From an uncultured Prevotella sp. (GTDB lineage Bacteria; Bacteroidota; Bacteroidia; Bacteroidales; Bacteroidaceae): a stretch of 55,601 bases of DNA. Each line of letters begins with the position of its first letter. The first letter of the stretch is position 1. This document shows, in pieces, positions 1 to 10,413 of the stretch. The notes beneath the pieces are model-generated. The model had not been told where the DNA came from, did not search any database, and was given only the letters and a program-made list of their open reading frames with translations. Where the stretch lies: the NCBI GenBank assembly GCA_900552675.1, contig USAI01000001.1, forward strand, positions 1 to 55,601, given 5' to 3'. The translations under genes were made by a program, and so were the position numbers.

Positions 1-35
1 TTAACTTCGGGCGAAGCCCAAACTTCTTTTAACTT

Positions 36-1001
36 CTATTTTGACACACCCTCATCAATATGCATATTCAGTGTTTTATCAACAAAGTAGCGTGGGCGGC
101 GTTTCACCTCGGTGTATATCTTTCCAATGTAAACGCCTGTGATGCCCACACCTGTGGTGATGACGCCACCGATGAACCACATCGACACCAGAATAGAGGT
201 CCAGCCCTCGATGGTGTTGCCTATGATGTGCTCGTACAGGGCATAGATGATGATGCAGAGGGCCACCAGCGTCATGGTGAGACCCGCAAAGGTGATAAAC
301 TTAAGCGGACCTGTTGAGAACGAGGTGATGCCGTCGATAGAGAAGCTGAGCATCTTGCGCAACGGATATTTTGACTCGCCAGCGGTGCGCGCCGTGCGAT
401 CGTAATAAACAAAGCCTTCGTTGAAGCCCAGCTGGCGCACAATGCCACGTAAGAACATGTTGCGCTCGGGGTATTGCATGAGGGCCTCGAGGGCGCGGTG
501 CGACATGAGGCGGAAGTCGGCATGGTTGTATAGCATATTGCGGTCGGCCATCTGCATAACGCGGTAGAAGCCTAAGGCGGTGATGCGCTTAAACCATGTG
601 TCGGTCTTGCGCTCTTTGCGCACACCATACACAATGTCGGTGCCCTGAAGCCACTGCTCGGTCATGCTGAGAATGGTGTCGGGGTCGTCTTGCAGGTCGG
701 CATCAATCGACACGGCAGCATCGCACAGCGGCAGCGCCTGTTCCATGCCCGCCCACAGCGCGTTTTGATGACCCACGTTGTGTGCCAACTTCAGTCCGGC
801 CACAAAAGCGTAGCGTGCGGCGGCCTCGCTGATGAGACGCCATGTGGCATCGCGACTGCCATCGTCGACCAGCAGCAAGGTGGTGTCGACGTGATGTGTT
901 TCGTTCAACTGTTCAACCAGCGTGGTGAGGCGTTGCAGTGTCCAAGGCAGCACCTCTTCCTCGTTGTAACAGGGGATGATGATAAAAAGGCGTTTGTTCA
1001 T
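36..1001 (-). CDS. Family 2 glycosyltransferase, GtrB/DPM1-like (undecaprenyl-phosphate sugar transferase)
   Basis: IIIPCYNEE, VDDGSRD, DADLQD and DFRLM motifs; two C-terminal TM helices. ATG at 1001 preferred over the track's TTG at 1010. Confidence 0.88.
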   Translation of the reverse strand: MNKRLFIIIPCYNEEEVLPWTLQRLTTLVEQLNETHHVDTTLLLVDDGSRDATWRLISEAAARYAFVAGLKLAHNVGHQNALWAGMEQALPLCDAAVSIDADLQDDPDTILSMTEQWLQGTDIVYGVRKERKTDTWFKRITALGFYRVMQMADRNMLYNHADFRLMSHRALEALMQYPERNMFLRGIVRQLGFNEGFVYYDRTARTAGESKYPLRKMLSFSIDGITSFSTGPLKFITFAGLTMTLVALCIIIYALYEHIIGNTIEGWTSILVSMWFIGGVITTGVGITGVYIGKIYTEVKRRPRYFVDKTLNMHIDEGVSK

Positions 1002-1033
1002 ATCGTGCAATGTGATATAGGGTTATGTGTGGG

Positions 1034-2257
1034 TTATGAGGTGAAATTTTTTCTCACAGGATACCATGCGGCCACCCATCCCACCACGAGCACGGTGACG
1101 AGCACTATAAACACGTCGCCATAATGCACGCTCACGGGGTAGGCGTTTACCACAAAGGTGCCGCTGCTCTCGCCCATCGACACCAGTCCGAACTGCTGTT
1201 GCAGCCAGCATAGCAGCAAGCCTAACAAGATGCCTACGATGGCGCCAATGGCCGATATCATGCGGCCTTCGAACAGGAAGATGCGGGCAATGGTGCGGTT
1301 GTCGGCTCCCAGGTTGCGCAGGGTTTGCACATCGGCCTTCTTGTCGATGATAAGCATTGACAACGACCCGATGATGTTGAAGCACGCCACCAAGAGGATG
1401 AAGGTGAGGAAGAGGTAGGCCAGCACCTTTTCAATCTGCATGATGCGGAAGGTGTCGGCCTGCTGCTCAAAGCGGTCGAGCACACGGAAACGGCCTTTTG
1501 AAACCTGCTGCATACGTTGCTTCACGGCGTCAAGGTCAGCGCCAGGTTTCAGCTTCAGCTTCAGCGATGTTACCATGCCTTGCATCTGGAAGATGCGACG
1601 CGCAAAGCCTATCGAGGTGATGAGGTAGTCGCGGTCGTACTTGGCCTGATTGACCGAGAACACCACGCCGGGCGATAGCAGCGAGTCGGCCACAAAGCCG
1701 TCGGCATCGCTGGCCATATCAATGAGCTGGCCCTCGCGCTGGGGGGCAAAGATGGTGAGAAAGCCATCCCACTGTGCTCCGAGGTCGAGGGTTTGGGCCA
1801 AGCGTATGCCTGGCACACCATATTGTAGGTTGGCGGCCTGAAGGCAAAACTCGCCCTGCCCATATAAAATGCTGTTGATATGGGTGAGCTGTGCAAAATT
1901 GTCATCGACACCCATCACGTTTACCATGGCTTGGCGCCCGTTATAGTAGGCCAGGGCTTGATCGGTGACACACTCGGTGGCCACCAGCACCTCGGGCATG
2001 GCTTTGATGGTGGTGAGGGCGGGGTCGTCGGCAGGGGCCGACTTGCCACGGGTGGGCACCACCTCTATCTGTGGGTCGAAATTGGTGAAGAACGACGCCA
2101 CCAGGTCGTGAAAGCCGTTGAACACGCTGAGCACGATGACCAGTGCCATGGTGGCTACGGCCACGCCCACCATAGAGATGCCTGATATGATGTTGATGGC
2201 GTTGGTGCTCTTCTTCGAAAACAGGTAGCGACGCGCTATGAAGAAAGGAAAATTCAT
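1034..2257 (-). CDS. lolE: LolC/E (FtsX-like) lipoprotein-releasing ABC permease
   Basis: N-terminal FIARRYLFSKK, IVLSVFNGF; C-terminal multi-TM FtsX domain with LRNLGA...IFLFEG. Confidence 0.85.
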   Translation of the reverse strand: MNFPFFIARRYLFSKKSTNAINIISGISMVGVAVATMALVIVLSVFNGFHDLVASFFTNFDPQIEVVPTRGKSAPADDPALTTIKAMPEVLVATECVTDQALAYYNGRQAMVNVMGVDDNFAQLTHINSILYGQGEFCLQAANLQYGVPGIRLAQTLDLGAQWDGFLTIFAPQREGQLIDMASDADGFVADSLLSPGVVFSVNQAKYDRDYLITSIGFARRIFQMQGMVTSLKLKLKPGADLDAVKQRMQQVSKGRFRVLDRFEQQADTFRIMQIEKVLAYLFLTFILLVACFNIIGSLSMLIIDKKADVQTLRNLGADNRTIARIFLFEGRMISAIGAIVGILLGLLLCWLQQQFGLVSMGESSGTFVVNAYPVSVHYGDVFIVLVTVLVVGWVAAWYPVRKNFTS

Positions 2258-2260
2258 GCT

Positions 2261-2301
2261 CACTATATGTGTTTCACTATATGTGTTTCACTGAATGTGT
2301 T
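2261..2301. repeat. 3 x 14-bp tandem repeat (CACTATATGTGTTT) between rbfA and lolE
   Basis: Two exact copies at 2261 and 2275, one degenerate copy at 2289. Confidence 0.8.
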
Positions 2302-2333
2302 GTTCGTTTTGCAAGATGTTTTCCGTAGCAGGG

Positions 2334-2669
2334 TTATTTCTTCAGCAGGTTGTCGATGCGTTCGATGTAGTCGAGCGAGTCGTCGATGAAGAAACGTAGC
2401 TCGGGGATGATGCGCAACTGGTTATGCACGCGGGTGCCCAACTCGTAACGTATGGTTTTCTCGCTGGCGTTGATGTTTTTCATCAGCTCGTCGCCACGCT
2501 CTGAAGGGAAGATGCTGAGGTAGGCGGTGCAGATGCTGAGGTCGGGCGATACGCGACACTTGGTAACGCTCACCATCACACCGTGCATCATACGGGTTTG
2601 TTGCTGGAATATTAAGCTCAGCTCTTTCTGAAGCAAGCGAGCTATGCGGTTTTGTCTTGTTTCTTGCAT
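2334..2669 (-). CDS. rbfA: 30S ribosome-binding factor A
   Basis: RQNRIARLLQKELS, VSPDLS, LRIIPELRFFIDDS motifs. Confidence 0.95.
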   Translation of the reverse strand: MQETRQNRIARLLQKELSLIFQQQTRMMHGVMVSVTKCRVSPDLSICTAYLSIFPSERGDELMKNINASEKTIRYELGTRVHNQLRIIPELRFFIDDSLDYIERIDNLLKK

Positions 2670-2706
2670 ATTGTTTGTTGTTTTTTATTATTTTTTTTAT
2701 TGATGA

Positions 2707-2805
2707 TAAGCCTGTATAGGCCTTTCTAAGCCTTTCTAAGCCTTGGGTGACTAAGCCTTTATGGGCCTTTCTAAGCCTTTCTAAGCCTTGGGTGACTAAG
2801 CCTTT
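2707..2805. repeat. TAAGCCTT(TC)-type ~10-bp periodic intergenic repeat cluster (family A)
   Basis: Iterated TAAGCC/TAGGCC, including a duplicated 42-bp block at 2719-2760 and 2764-2805. Confidence 0.85.
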
Positions 2806-2809
2806 CCTC

Positions 2810-3757
2810 TTACTGTTTCCATCGCCACAGCTTCACCAATATTTTTCCTACGGGTGATGCTACTCGGGTGAGCGAGTTGAAGTGGATGTTCTTGCCTGCC
2901 ACAATAAGCATTACGGCGCCCAAGATGAGCAAGATGCCGATGACGAGGCGAACGGTGAGCAGCTCGCCAAAGAGGGCTACGCTGATAACCACGGCGGTGA
3001 CGGGCTCGAGGGCTCCGATGATGGCGGTGGGCGTAGAACCAATGTCGTGAACGGCTACCACCATGAGCACCAACGACATAACGGTGGGCAGCAAGCCCAG
3101 CATGAAGGCTAAGCCCCACTGCTGGGGGGTGTGCAACAGTTGCAGCTGTGTGACTGGCTGGAACAGCGATGTTACCACAACGGTGAGGGCTGCAAAGATG
3201 AGCACGTATAGGGTGAGCTTGATGCTCGACATGCGCAGCGTCGACTTGTTGACGATGATGATATACAGCGCATAGGTGAGCGACGACACCATAACCAGGG
3301 CCACACCATTGGGGTTGAGCACGCTGCCATCGTCGCCACGATATAGCAGGGCGATGCCTACCAGCGACAGGGCAATGCTAACCACCGTTGCCACGGTGAT
3401 GCGCTCGTGAAAGCACACGGCCATGATGATGGCTACCATGACGGGATAGACGAAGAGCAACGTTGAGGCGATGCCTGCACTGATGAGGTAGAAGCTGAAA
3501 AACAGCGACAACGACGACGAGGCAAACAGTATGCCCAGACCAGCTAATATCATCAACTCGCGCCCACTAACGGCGAAACTCTTGCGCTGCACCAGCATGA
3601 GCACGGCCAGCATGAGCACAGCGGTGGTAAAGCGATAAAACAATACCGAACAGGCGTTGATGCCATCGGCATACAGGGGTAGCGCCCCTAAGGGGTTTGT
3701 GCCGTAGCACACAGCGGCAATGATGCCGCAGAGGGTTCCTCTTAATTTTGCGTTCAT
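2810..3757 (-). CDS. DMT/EamA family transporter
   Basis: About 10 hydrophobic helices in two EamA-like halves; LEPVTAVVIS..LFGE motif. Confidence 0.88.
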   Translation of the reverse strand: MNAKLRGTLCGIIAAVCYGTNPLGALPLYADGINACSVLFYRFTTAVLMLAVLMLVQRKSFAVSGRELMILAGLGILFASSSLSLFFSFYLISAGIASTLLFVYPVMVAIIMAVCFHERITVATVVSIALSLVGIALLYRGDDGSVLNPNGVALVMVSSLTYALYIIIVNKSTLRMSSIKLTLYVLIFAALTVVVTSLFQPVTQLQLLHTPQQWGLAFMLGLLPTVMSLVLMVVAVHDIGSTPTAIIGALEPVTAVVISVALFGELLTVRLVIGILLILGAVMLIVAGKNIHFNSLTRVASPVGKILVKLWRWKQ

Positions 3758-3770
3758 TACTTTTTTAAAG

Positions 3771-3897
3771 GTGACTAAGCCTTTCTAAGCCTTTATAGGC
3801 CTTTCTAAGCCTGGGGGACTAAGCCTTACTGGGCCAAGCCTTTATAGGCCTTTCTAAGCCTGGGGGACTGAGCCTTACTAAGCCCTTCTAAGCCTTT
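3771..3897. repeat. Family A TAAGCC periodic repeat cluster
   Basis: About 10 iterations of TAAGCC/TAGGCC/AAGCC. Confidence 0.85.
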
Positions 3898-4016
3898 TTG
3901 TATCTTTTCACTCGTTCGTCGTCAATCACACCTTTCCAGTTGAGGCCGTAGGCGAAGGGCAGACCCTCTTTGGTGATAATCTTTACGCCCGACTGTGGTG
4001 CGTAGCCCAGCACTAC

Positions 4017-4850
4017 TTACAATTCAACGTGTGTTACGTTTATCTTTTCGTGCAAGAATATCTGTGCGCTTTCGGCAAAGCGGTCTTCGCTCTCGGTGGT
4101 GAGGTAGTGGCACTGGCCACCGCGCGTAATGTTGGCCTCGATGTCGGGGTGGCGCTGTAGATAGCTGTTGAGGCTATCGGCCACATAGGTGCCTTGGGGC
4201 ATTACACGCACACCGTCGGGCACATTTCGCACAATGCTGTTCATAAGCAGCGGATAGTGGGTGCAGCCAAGGATGATGGTGTCGATCAGTGGGTCGCGAC
4301 GCATGAGTTGGTCGATGCGCTTCTTCACAAAATAGTCGGCACCGGGGCTGTCGGCCTCGTTGGCCTCGACAATGGCGGCCCACAGGGGGCATGGCTGTCC
4401 TGTAACCTTAATATCGGGGAAGAGCTTGCCTATCTCCATTTCGTAACTGTTTGAACGGATGGTGCCCTCGGTGGCGAGGATGCCCACATGACGTGAGTGT
4501 GTGAGCTGGCCGATGCTCTCGGCTGTGGGGCGAATGATGCCCAGCACACGTCGTGAGGGGTCCCAGTCAGGCAGGTCGCGCTGCTGTATGCTGCGCAACG
4601 CCTTGGCCGACGCCGTGTTGCACCCTATCACCACAAGGTGGCAACCCATGGCGAAGAGCTTGAGCACTGCCTGACGCGTAAACTGATATACCACCTCGAA
4701 GGAGCGCGATCCGTAGGGGGCGCGGGCGTTGTCGCCGAGGTATAGATAGTCGTATTGCGGCAAGAGCTGGCGTATGCCGTGCAGGATGGTGAGTCCGCCG
4801 TAGCCAGAGTCGAAGACGCCGATGGGGCCTGGTGCTTGTGGTAATGTCAT
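4017..4850 (-). CDS. murI: Glutamate racemase
   Basis: IGVFDSGYGGLT, PYG, CNTAS and LGCTHYP catalytic motifs. Confidence 0.96.
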   Translation of the reverse strand: MTLPQAPGPIGVFDSGYGGLTILHGIRQLLPQYDYLYLGDNARAPYGSRSFEVVYQFTRQAVLKLFAMGCHLVVIGCNTASAKALRSIQQRDLPDWDPSRRVLGIIRPTAESIGQLTHSRHVGILATEGTIRSNSYEMEIGKLFPDIKVTGQPCPLWAAIVEANEADSPGADYFVKKRIDQLMRRDPLIDTIILGCTHYPLLMNSIVRNVPDGVRVMPQGTYVADSLNSYLQRHPDIEANITRGGQCHYLTTESEDRFAESAQIFLHEKINVTHVEL

Positions 4851-4863
4851 GGTGCTGTGTTTT

Positions 4864-5496
4864 TTATCTACGCTTTTTTAGCAAGTCGATAAGGGTGTCG
4901 GTGATGTCGACACTCATGGCGGGGTTTACATAAGGGCATGCGTCGGAGCCCGTGTTCAGCACGAAGGCCAGCTGCATGTCTTTTGCTACCTGTTGCAGCA
5001 GTTCGTTTATCTGCTCGCGCAAGGGTGCCATAGCGTCGGCCTCGGCCTGAGCCAGCAGTCGGCGTGCTTCAGCCTTGAAGGCGATGTTCTTCTCCATCAT
5101 GTCTTGCAGTTCGGCCTGACGCTTGTGAAGGATAGAGGGCACGAGGTCGCGCTGCTGGTCGAGAAAACTTTCATACTTGATGTTGAAGTCGTCTTCTGAA
5201 CGCTTCATCTCGCGGTCGTATTTCTGACGTAGCGCGGTGAGTGAGCGTTGTGCCATAGCATATTCGGGCATGGCGTGCAGCACCGAGTCGGTGTTGACAA
5301 ATCCGTAGCGGAACACGAAGGTTTGTGCCGTGGTGTGGGTGCTCTGCGTGTCTTGTGTGGCGGTGTTAGCGCTGGCGTTCTGGCTGGCAGCGTTGGCGTT
5401 GAGTGTGTTGATTACTTGCTGCAACGTCTCGGTTTGTGCCGTCATGGGCAGTGCGCATGAGGCGAGGGCCAACAGCATGAGTATGTTCTTTTTCAT
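4864..5496 (-). CDS. OmpH/Skp family periplasmic chaperone (third paralog)
   Basis: Signal peptide, FGFVNTD-like strand followed by MPEY, long helical region, terminal DITD motif. Confidence 0.82.
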   Translation of the reverse strand: MKKNILMLLALASCALPMTAQTETLQQVINTLNANAASQNASANTATQDTQSTHTTAQTFVFRYGFVNTDSVLHAMPEYAMAQRSLTALRQKYDREMKRSEDDFNIKYESFLDQQRDLVPSILHKRQAELQDMMEKNIAFKAEARRLLAQAEADAMAPLREQINELLQQVAKDMQLAFVLNTGSDACPYVNPAMSVDITDTLIDLLKKRR

Positions 5497-5602
5497 GATG
5501 CGTAGGGGTTTTGTGGGTTATTATACAAAAACGTGCCGGAGGGCGCTGGACTCTTCGGCACGTTATATGTCGTGTGGCAAGGAGCCGTTACCGACAAGTG
5601 CT

Positions 5603-6121
5603 TTACTTTTTCTTGGCGGTGCTGGGCTTGTTCAGTTCGGCTTTCACCTCAGCGGTAACATCCTTGCTCAGGGTCTCGCTAACGTAGGGGATGCCCATCT
5701 GTGTGTCCATGATGTAAACATAGCCACCTGCTTTGCCTACTGCCTGGATAGCGTTGACGAGGCGCTGTGTGATGGGAGCCATCTTCTCTTGCTGAGCCTT
5801 CTGCAGAGCCTGTGAGTTGTCTTGGTAAGCCTGCTGAATTTTCTGCTGCAGATCCATGAGCGTTTGCTCGGTCTCCTTCTGCTTGGTCTCGTTCATGGTC
5901 GACTTGCTCTTATCATACTCTTGTGCTTTGCGCTGGAGCTCGTCCTGCATAGCCTTCAGGTCGTTTTCATACTGCTTGGCAGTAGCTTCTATCTCGCCAC
6001 GAACTTTGATAAACTCAGGCATTGATGCCATTACTTCCTGTGCGTTGATGTGTCCGAATTTCTGCTGTGCGAATGTTGCCAGAGGGGCAAACAGCATCAG
6101 CATCATAAAAAGTTTTTTCAT
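5603..6121 (-). CDS. OmpH/Skp family periplasmic chaperone
   Basis: Signal peptide, QKFGHIN..MPE, coiled coil, YIMD...DVT. Confidence 0.9.
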   Translation of the reverse strand: MKKLFMMLMLFAPLATFAQQKFGHINAQEVMASMPEFIKVRGEIEATAKQYENDLKAMQDELQRKAQEYDKSKSTMNETKQKETEQTLMDLQQKIQQAYQDNSQALQKAQQEKMAPITQRLVNAIQAVGKAGGYVYIMDTQMGIPYVSETLSKDVTAEVKAELNKPSTAKKK

Positions 6122-6161
6122 TTTGTATATTTTTTTTATTGTTATTATTTCTTTTTTGGGG

Positions 6162-6326
6162 GGCCTTGCTAAGCCAGAGGATGATAAGCCTCACTAAGCC
6201 TTGCTAAGCCTTTCTAAGCCGAGGGGACTGGAGGAGAACAGGAGGGTGAAAGCTCACGAGAGCGGCAAAGCAATAGGATTTTTCACTTTTCACTCTTCAC
6301 TTTTCACTCTACTCTTCCCTTTTCCC
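6162..6326. repeat. Composite repeat (family A + family B core GAGAGCNGCAAAGCWATAGGATTTTTCAC + TTTTCAC tail), copy 1
   Basis: Core at 6258-6286; near-identical cores at 13550, 29909, 31061 and 48617. Confidence 0.88.
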
Positions 6327-6842
6327 TTAATTATATCCCAGCTTTTGCAGCACCTCGTTAGAGATGTCTATCTTGGGAGAGCCGTAGATGATGCCAGCGG
6401 CTTCAGAGGCGCGGTCGAGCACCAGCGAATAGCCACGCAGTTCGGCAATTTCTTTTACGGTGTTGTATATCTCGTCTTGTATGGGCGACATGAGGCTTTC
6501 GCGCTTCTTGAAGAGCTCGCCCTCGGGGCCGAAGTATTTGCGTTTCAGGTCAGAGGCATCTTTCTCTTTCTTCATGATGGCCTCTTGTCGTGCCTTCTTT
6601 TGTTCTTGCGAGAGAAACACCAGTTCGTTTTGATAGTTTTTATACATTGTGGTGGCCTCGGTGTTGAGGGCCTCGACCTCGGCCTGCCATTTCTTCGATA
6701 CCTGGTTGAGCTGCTCGTTGGCACGCTCGTAGGCGGGTATGTTTTTGAGGATATACTCCATGTCGAGCAGCGCAAACTTTTGTGCGCTGGCCGTGAGCAC
6801 TGCCGAAACAGCGATGACGGCTAAAAGAAGAAATCGTTTCAT
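6327..6842 (-). CDS. skp: OmpH/Skp family periplasmic chaperone (Omp17-like)
   Basis: QKFALLDMEYILKNIPAY, KYFGPEGELFKKR, DISNEVL; directly downstream of bamA. Confidence 0.9.
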   Translation of the reverse strand: MKRFLLLAVIAVSAVLTASAQKFALLDMEYILKNIPAYERANEQLNQVSKKWQAEVEALNTEATTMYKNYQNELVFLSQEQKKARQEAIMKKEKDASDLKRKYFGPEGELFKKRESLMSPIQDEIYNTVKEIAELRGYSLVLDRASEAAGIIYGSPKIDISNEVLQKLGYN

Positions 6843-6914
6843 ACTCTGTTTGTTTGTTGAGGCCCACCTCGTGCCGTCCCTTTATGAGAGGCGGCGTGGG
6901 GGAGGGGCTGTTTG

Positions 6915-9530
6915 TTAGAATTCTTGTCCAAGGATGAAGTGGAAGTTGCTTCCACCCTTTGTTCCAAACACCTTGTCGAAGCCGTAGGCCCAGTCGATAC
7001 CCATCATACCCACCATGGGGAGGAAGATGCGCACGCCGATACCTGCTGAACGCTTCATGTCGAAGGGGTTAAACTTCTTGGTGTCGTTCCATGCGTTACC
7101 AGCCTCGACAAATGAGAGGCCGTAGATGGTGGTGTTGCCCAAGAGGAATGGGTATCGCAGCTCGAGTGTCATGCGGTCGTAGGCGTAGCCCTCGTATCCG
7201 TAAGGTGTGAGCGATCCGTTTTCGTAACCACGCAATCCGATGGTTTCTTCGGCATAGCCTGTTGAGTAGCCCGACATACCGTCGCCACCCACATAGTATG
7301 TTTCGAAGGGCGACTTCTTATATTTATTGTATGTGCCCAGCAATCCCATCTCGACGCGTGTCATGAGTACGAAGCATTTCTGTCCGCCCGACAGCGCGGT
7401 GTAGGTTCTTGCCTTGAACTTCCATTTATGATATTCTACCCAGCGGTATTTCTCTTGCTGTTCGCGCTCGTAGGTGCTCGAGTTGCGGTCGTTGGCCAGG
7501 TTCTTATAGTTTTTGTTATCCCACTTTGACCATGGCGGGGTGAGTGTTACCGAGAACAGAAAGTCGGATCCGCGGCGTGGGAACATCTGGTTGTCGGTAG
7601 AGGTACGGCTGAGTGAGATGCTCAGGTTGAGGTTGTTCGAGTTGCCGTTGGTCATGAGGAAGTACTGCCAGTTTTTCAGCATGTATCGTGTGTACGACAG
7701 CATGAGCGAGAGCTGGAAGTAGTCGTCGGGCCAGCGCAGACGTTTACCCCATCCTACGTTTACGCCAAACATCTTGACATACTTGTCGGGGTCGTAATAG
7801 TTCTCATAGTTATTATAGCTATAATTGCCGTATCCGTACAGATAGTTGTAATAGTTGTTATAATAACCGTTGTTGTAGTAGTTGCTTGACACGTCGGTCT
7901 GCTTTGAATAGTAAGCGCCTACTGAGAACTGTATGGGTCGTTTTCCACCAAACCAGTTGGTGCTATACGATGCGTTGTACGACTGGTAGTAGGTACCGTT
8001 GGTTTGCACGCCCAGCTGCATTACCTCGCCATCGCCGATAGGCATGATGCCACGGTGCTCTTTGTTTTTGTTGAAGAGGTTGCGCATAGAGAAGTTGTTG
8101 AGCTTCAATCCCACACGTCCTATCACACCTGTCTGTCCCCATCCCAGTGAGAACTCAATCTGGTCGTTCGATTTTTGTTCAAGGTTCCAGTTGATGTCTA
8201 CGGTACCGTTTTCGGGGTCGGGCTTCACGTCGGGGTTCACCTTTTCAGGGTCGAAGTGTCCCATTGACGCCAACTCGCGTGCCGAACGTTGCAGTGCCTC
8301 TTTTGAGAAGAGGTCGCCGGGCTTGGTGCGCAGCTCGCGTCGTACCACGTTTTCATACAAGCGGTCGTTACCGTTGATGCGCACATGGTTGATGTGTGCC
8401 TGTGTGCCCTCTTGAATACGCATTTCGAGGTCGATGCTGTCGCCCACGATGTTCACCTCGGTAGGCTGCAGCGAGTAGAAGAGGTAACCGTTGTTCCAGT
8501 AGTTGTTGCCCACGGCATCGTCGTCTTCGGTCAGACGTTTGTTCATGAGCTTCTGGTTATACACGTCGCCCTTCTTCATGCCCAGCACCTGTGCCAGATA
8601 GTCGGAGGGATAGATGGTGTTACCCACCCATGTGATGTTACGCAGGTAGTATTTCTTACCCTCGTCAATCTTTAAATATATGTTTACGTGCTTGTCGTCG
8701 GCGTTCCATACGCTGTCTTCAATGATGGTGGCGTCGCGGTAGCCATATTCGTTATACTTGTCGATAAGGTTCTGCTTATCTGTTTTCCAGCGCTCGGGTG
8801 TAAACTTCTTGGCTTTCAAGAAGGTGCTGAGCTTTCCTGCCTCGTGTGTTTTTGAGAAGGCACCTTTGCGGAACAGTCCGCCCTTGATTTTCAGGTTCGA
8901 CAACTCTTTGTTGCCTTCAAGAATGATGCGGCGCACGCGCATTTTTTGCTTCTTGTCGATAATCACGTCAAGGATAACCTGATTTTTGTTCGACACGTCG
9001 TCGCGCTGATTAATTTGTATGTCGGCGTTCTTGAAGCCCTTGTCGTCGAAGTATTTTTTAGCCAAGATTTTGGCGCGGTCGATCATGTTTGGGGTGATTT
9101 GTGCACCCTTCAGCAGGCCCAACTTCTCTTCCATGTCGGTGCGTTCCGACTTTTTCAGGCCGATGTAGTTGATGGTAGAAACACGCGGACGAAGGCGCAA
9201 GAAGATGTGCAGATACACCTTGTTGCCCCCGACGATAGAGTCGGCCGAGATAGAGACGTCAGAGAAGAGTCCGTATTTCCAGTAGTGCTTTACGGCTTCG
9301 GTAATCTCGTTGCCAGGCAGCGTGATGGTCTGTCCGATGGTGAGTCCTGAGATGCCAGTAAGCATATAGTCTTCATAGCCTTCGGCACCCGACACGTTCA
9401 GGCCTGCAAGGGTGAGCGTGCGTGGTGTTCCAGCATACGATATGTCGGGGTAGGTGACTTTGTCTTGCGCTGTCATGCCGACGCAGCAGAGCAGCGCCAC
9501 AAATGCAGCCAACAGTTTGTGTATGTTCAT
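6915..9530 (-). CDS. bamA: Outer membrane protein assembly factor BamA
   Basis: POTRA repeats (VVRRELRTKPGDLFS), LRGY motif in barrel loop 6, C-terminal FHFILGQEF. Confidence 0.96.
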   Translation of the reverse strand: MNIHKLLAAFVALLCCVGMTAQDKVTYPDISYAGTPRTLTLAGLNVSGAEGYEDYMLTGISGLTIGQTITLPGNEITEAVKHYWKYGLFSDVSISADSIVGGNKVYLHIFLRLRPRVSTINYIGLKKSERTDMEEKLGLLKGAQITPNMIDRAKILAKKYFDDKGFKNADIQINQRDDVSNKNQVILDVIIDKKQKMRVRRIILEGNKELSNLKIKGGLFRKGAFSKTHEAGKLSTFLKAKKFTPERWKTDKQNLIDKYNEYGYRDATIIEDSVWNADDKHVNIYLKIDEGKKYYLRNITWVGNTIYPSDYLAQVLGMKKGDVYNQKLMNKRLTEDDDAVGNNYWNNGYLFYSLQPTEVNIVGDSIDLEMRIQEGTQAHINHVRINGNDRLYENVVRRELRTKPGDLFSKEALQRSARELASMGHFDPEKVNPDVKPDPENGTVDINWNLEQKSNDQIEFSLGWGQTGVIGRVGLKLNNFSMRNLFNKNKEHRGIMPIGDGEVMQLGVQTNGTYYQSYNASYSTNWFGGKRPIQFSVGAYYSKQTDVSSNYYNNGYYNNYYNYLYGYGNYSYNNYENYYDPDKYVKMFGVNVGWGKRLRWPDDYFQLSLMLSYTRYMLKNWQYFLMTNGNSNNLNLSISLSRTSTDNQMFPRRGSDFLFSVTLTPPWSKWDNKNYKNLANDRNSSTYEREQQEKYRWVEYHKWKFKARTYTALSGGQKCFVLMTRVEMGLLGTYNKYKKSPFETYYVGGDGMSGYSTGYAEETIGLRGYENGSLTPYGYEGYAYDRMTLELRYPFLLGNTTIYGLSFVEAGNAWNDTKKFNPFDMKRSAGIGVRIFLPMVGMMGIDWAYGFDKVFGTKGGSNFHFILGQEF

Positions 9531-9652
9531 CGTTGTGTTTATATTTTTCTTATCGCTTTTTCTCTTTTACACTTTTTTTCCTTCGCTTATCACGCTTTGC
9601 TTTTAGCGCTTCACGCTTTGTTTTTCGTGCTTTGCTTTTTGCTTTTAGTGCT

Positions 9653-10390
9653 TCATGCTTCGTTCTCTACCTGCTCTTCAGTTTTTCCGAAGCGGCGCTG
9701 GCGCTGTTGGTAGCAGCTGATAGCCTTTTGCAGGTCGGCCTCGGCAAAGTCGGGCCAGAAGGTGTCGCAGAAGTATAGCTCGCTATAAGCTATCTGCCAG
9801 AGCAAATAGTTGGATATGCGCAGCTCGCCACCGGTGCGTATCAGCAGGTCGGGGTCGGGCATGAAGGTGGTTTGCATATTGTTTGTGAGCGTTTCTTCGG
9901 TGATGCTGTCGATGTTGAGCTCGCCGTCTTTCACCTGTTGCGCTATACGTCGGGTGGCCTCGGTAATTTCCCATCGTGCCGAATAGCTCAGTGCTACCAC
10001 CATGGTCATGGCATCGTTATTGGCGGTATGTGCCATGGTTTCGTTCAGCTTCTCTTGCACGGCCTGTGGCAGGCGCGCGATGTCGCCGATGACGCGAAAG
10101 CGCACATTATTCTTCATGAATATCTCGTCTTCGAGCGATGATAGCACCAGAGCCATGAGCGCTGCCACCTCGTCGGCGGGTCGGTTCCAGTTTTCGGTCG
10201 AGAAGGTGTATAGGGTGAGATATTTCACGCCCAGACGTGTACACTCAGAGGTGATGCGTCTTACCGTTTCTACGCCAGCCTGATGCCCGTAGCTGCGTGG
10301 TTGCCCTTTGGCTGTGGCCCATCGTCCGTTTCCGTCCATGATGATGGCTATGTGGGCCGGTATGTTGTTCATATCGATAGCGTCGTGCAT
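9653..10390 (-). CDS. uppS: Undecaprenyl diphosphate synthase
   Basis: [47 protein letters not shown]; start placed at ATG 10390. Confidence 0.96.
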   Translation of the reverse strand: MHDAIDMNNIPAHIAIIMDGNGRWATAKGQPRSYGHQAGVETVRRITSECTRLGVKYLTLYTFSTENWNRPADEVAALMALVLSSLEDEIFMKNNVRFRVIGDIARLPQAVQEKLNETMAHTANNDAMTMVVALSYSARWEITEATRRIAQQVKDGELNIDSITEETLTNNMQTTFMPDPDLLIRTGGELRISNYLLWQIAYSELYFCDTFWPDFAEADLQKAISCYQQRQRRFGKTEEQVENEA

Positions 10391-10413
10391 AGATATCGTT
10401 GTTATTATCGTTT

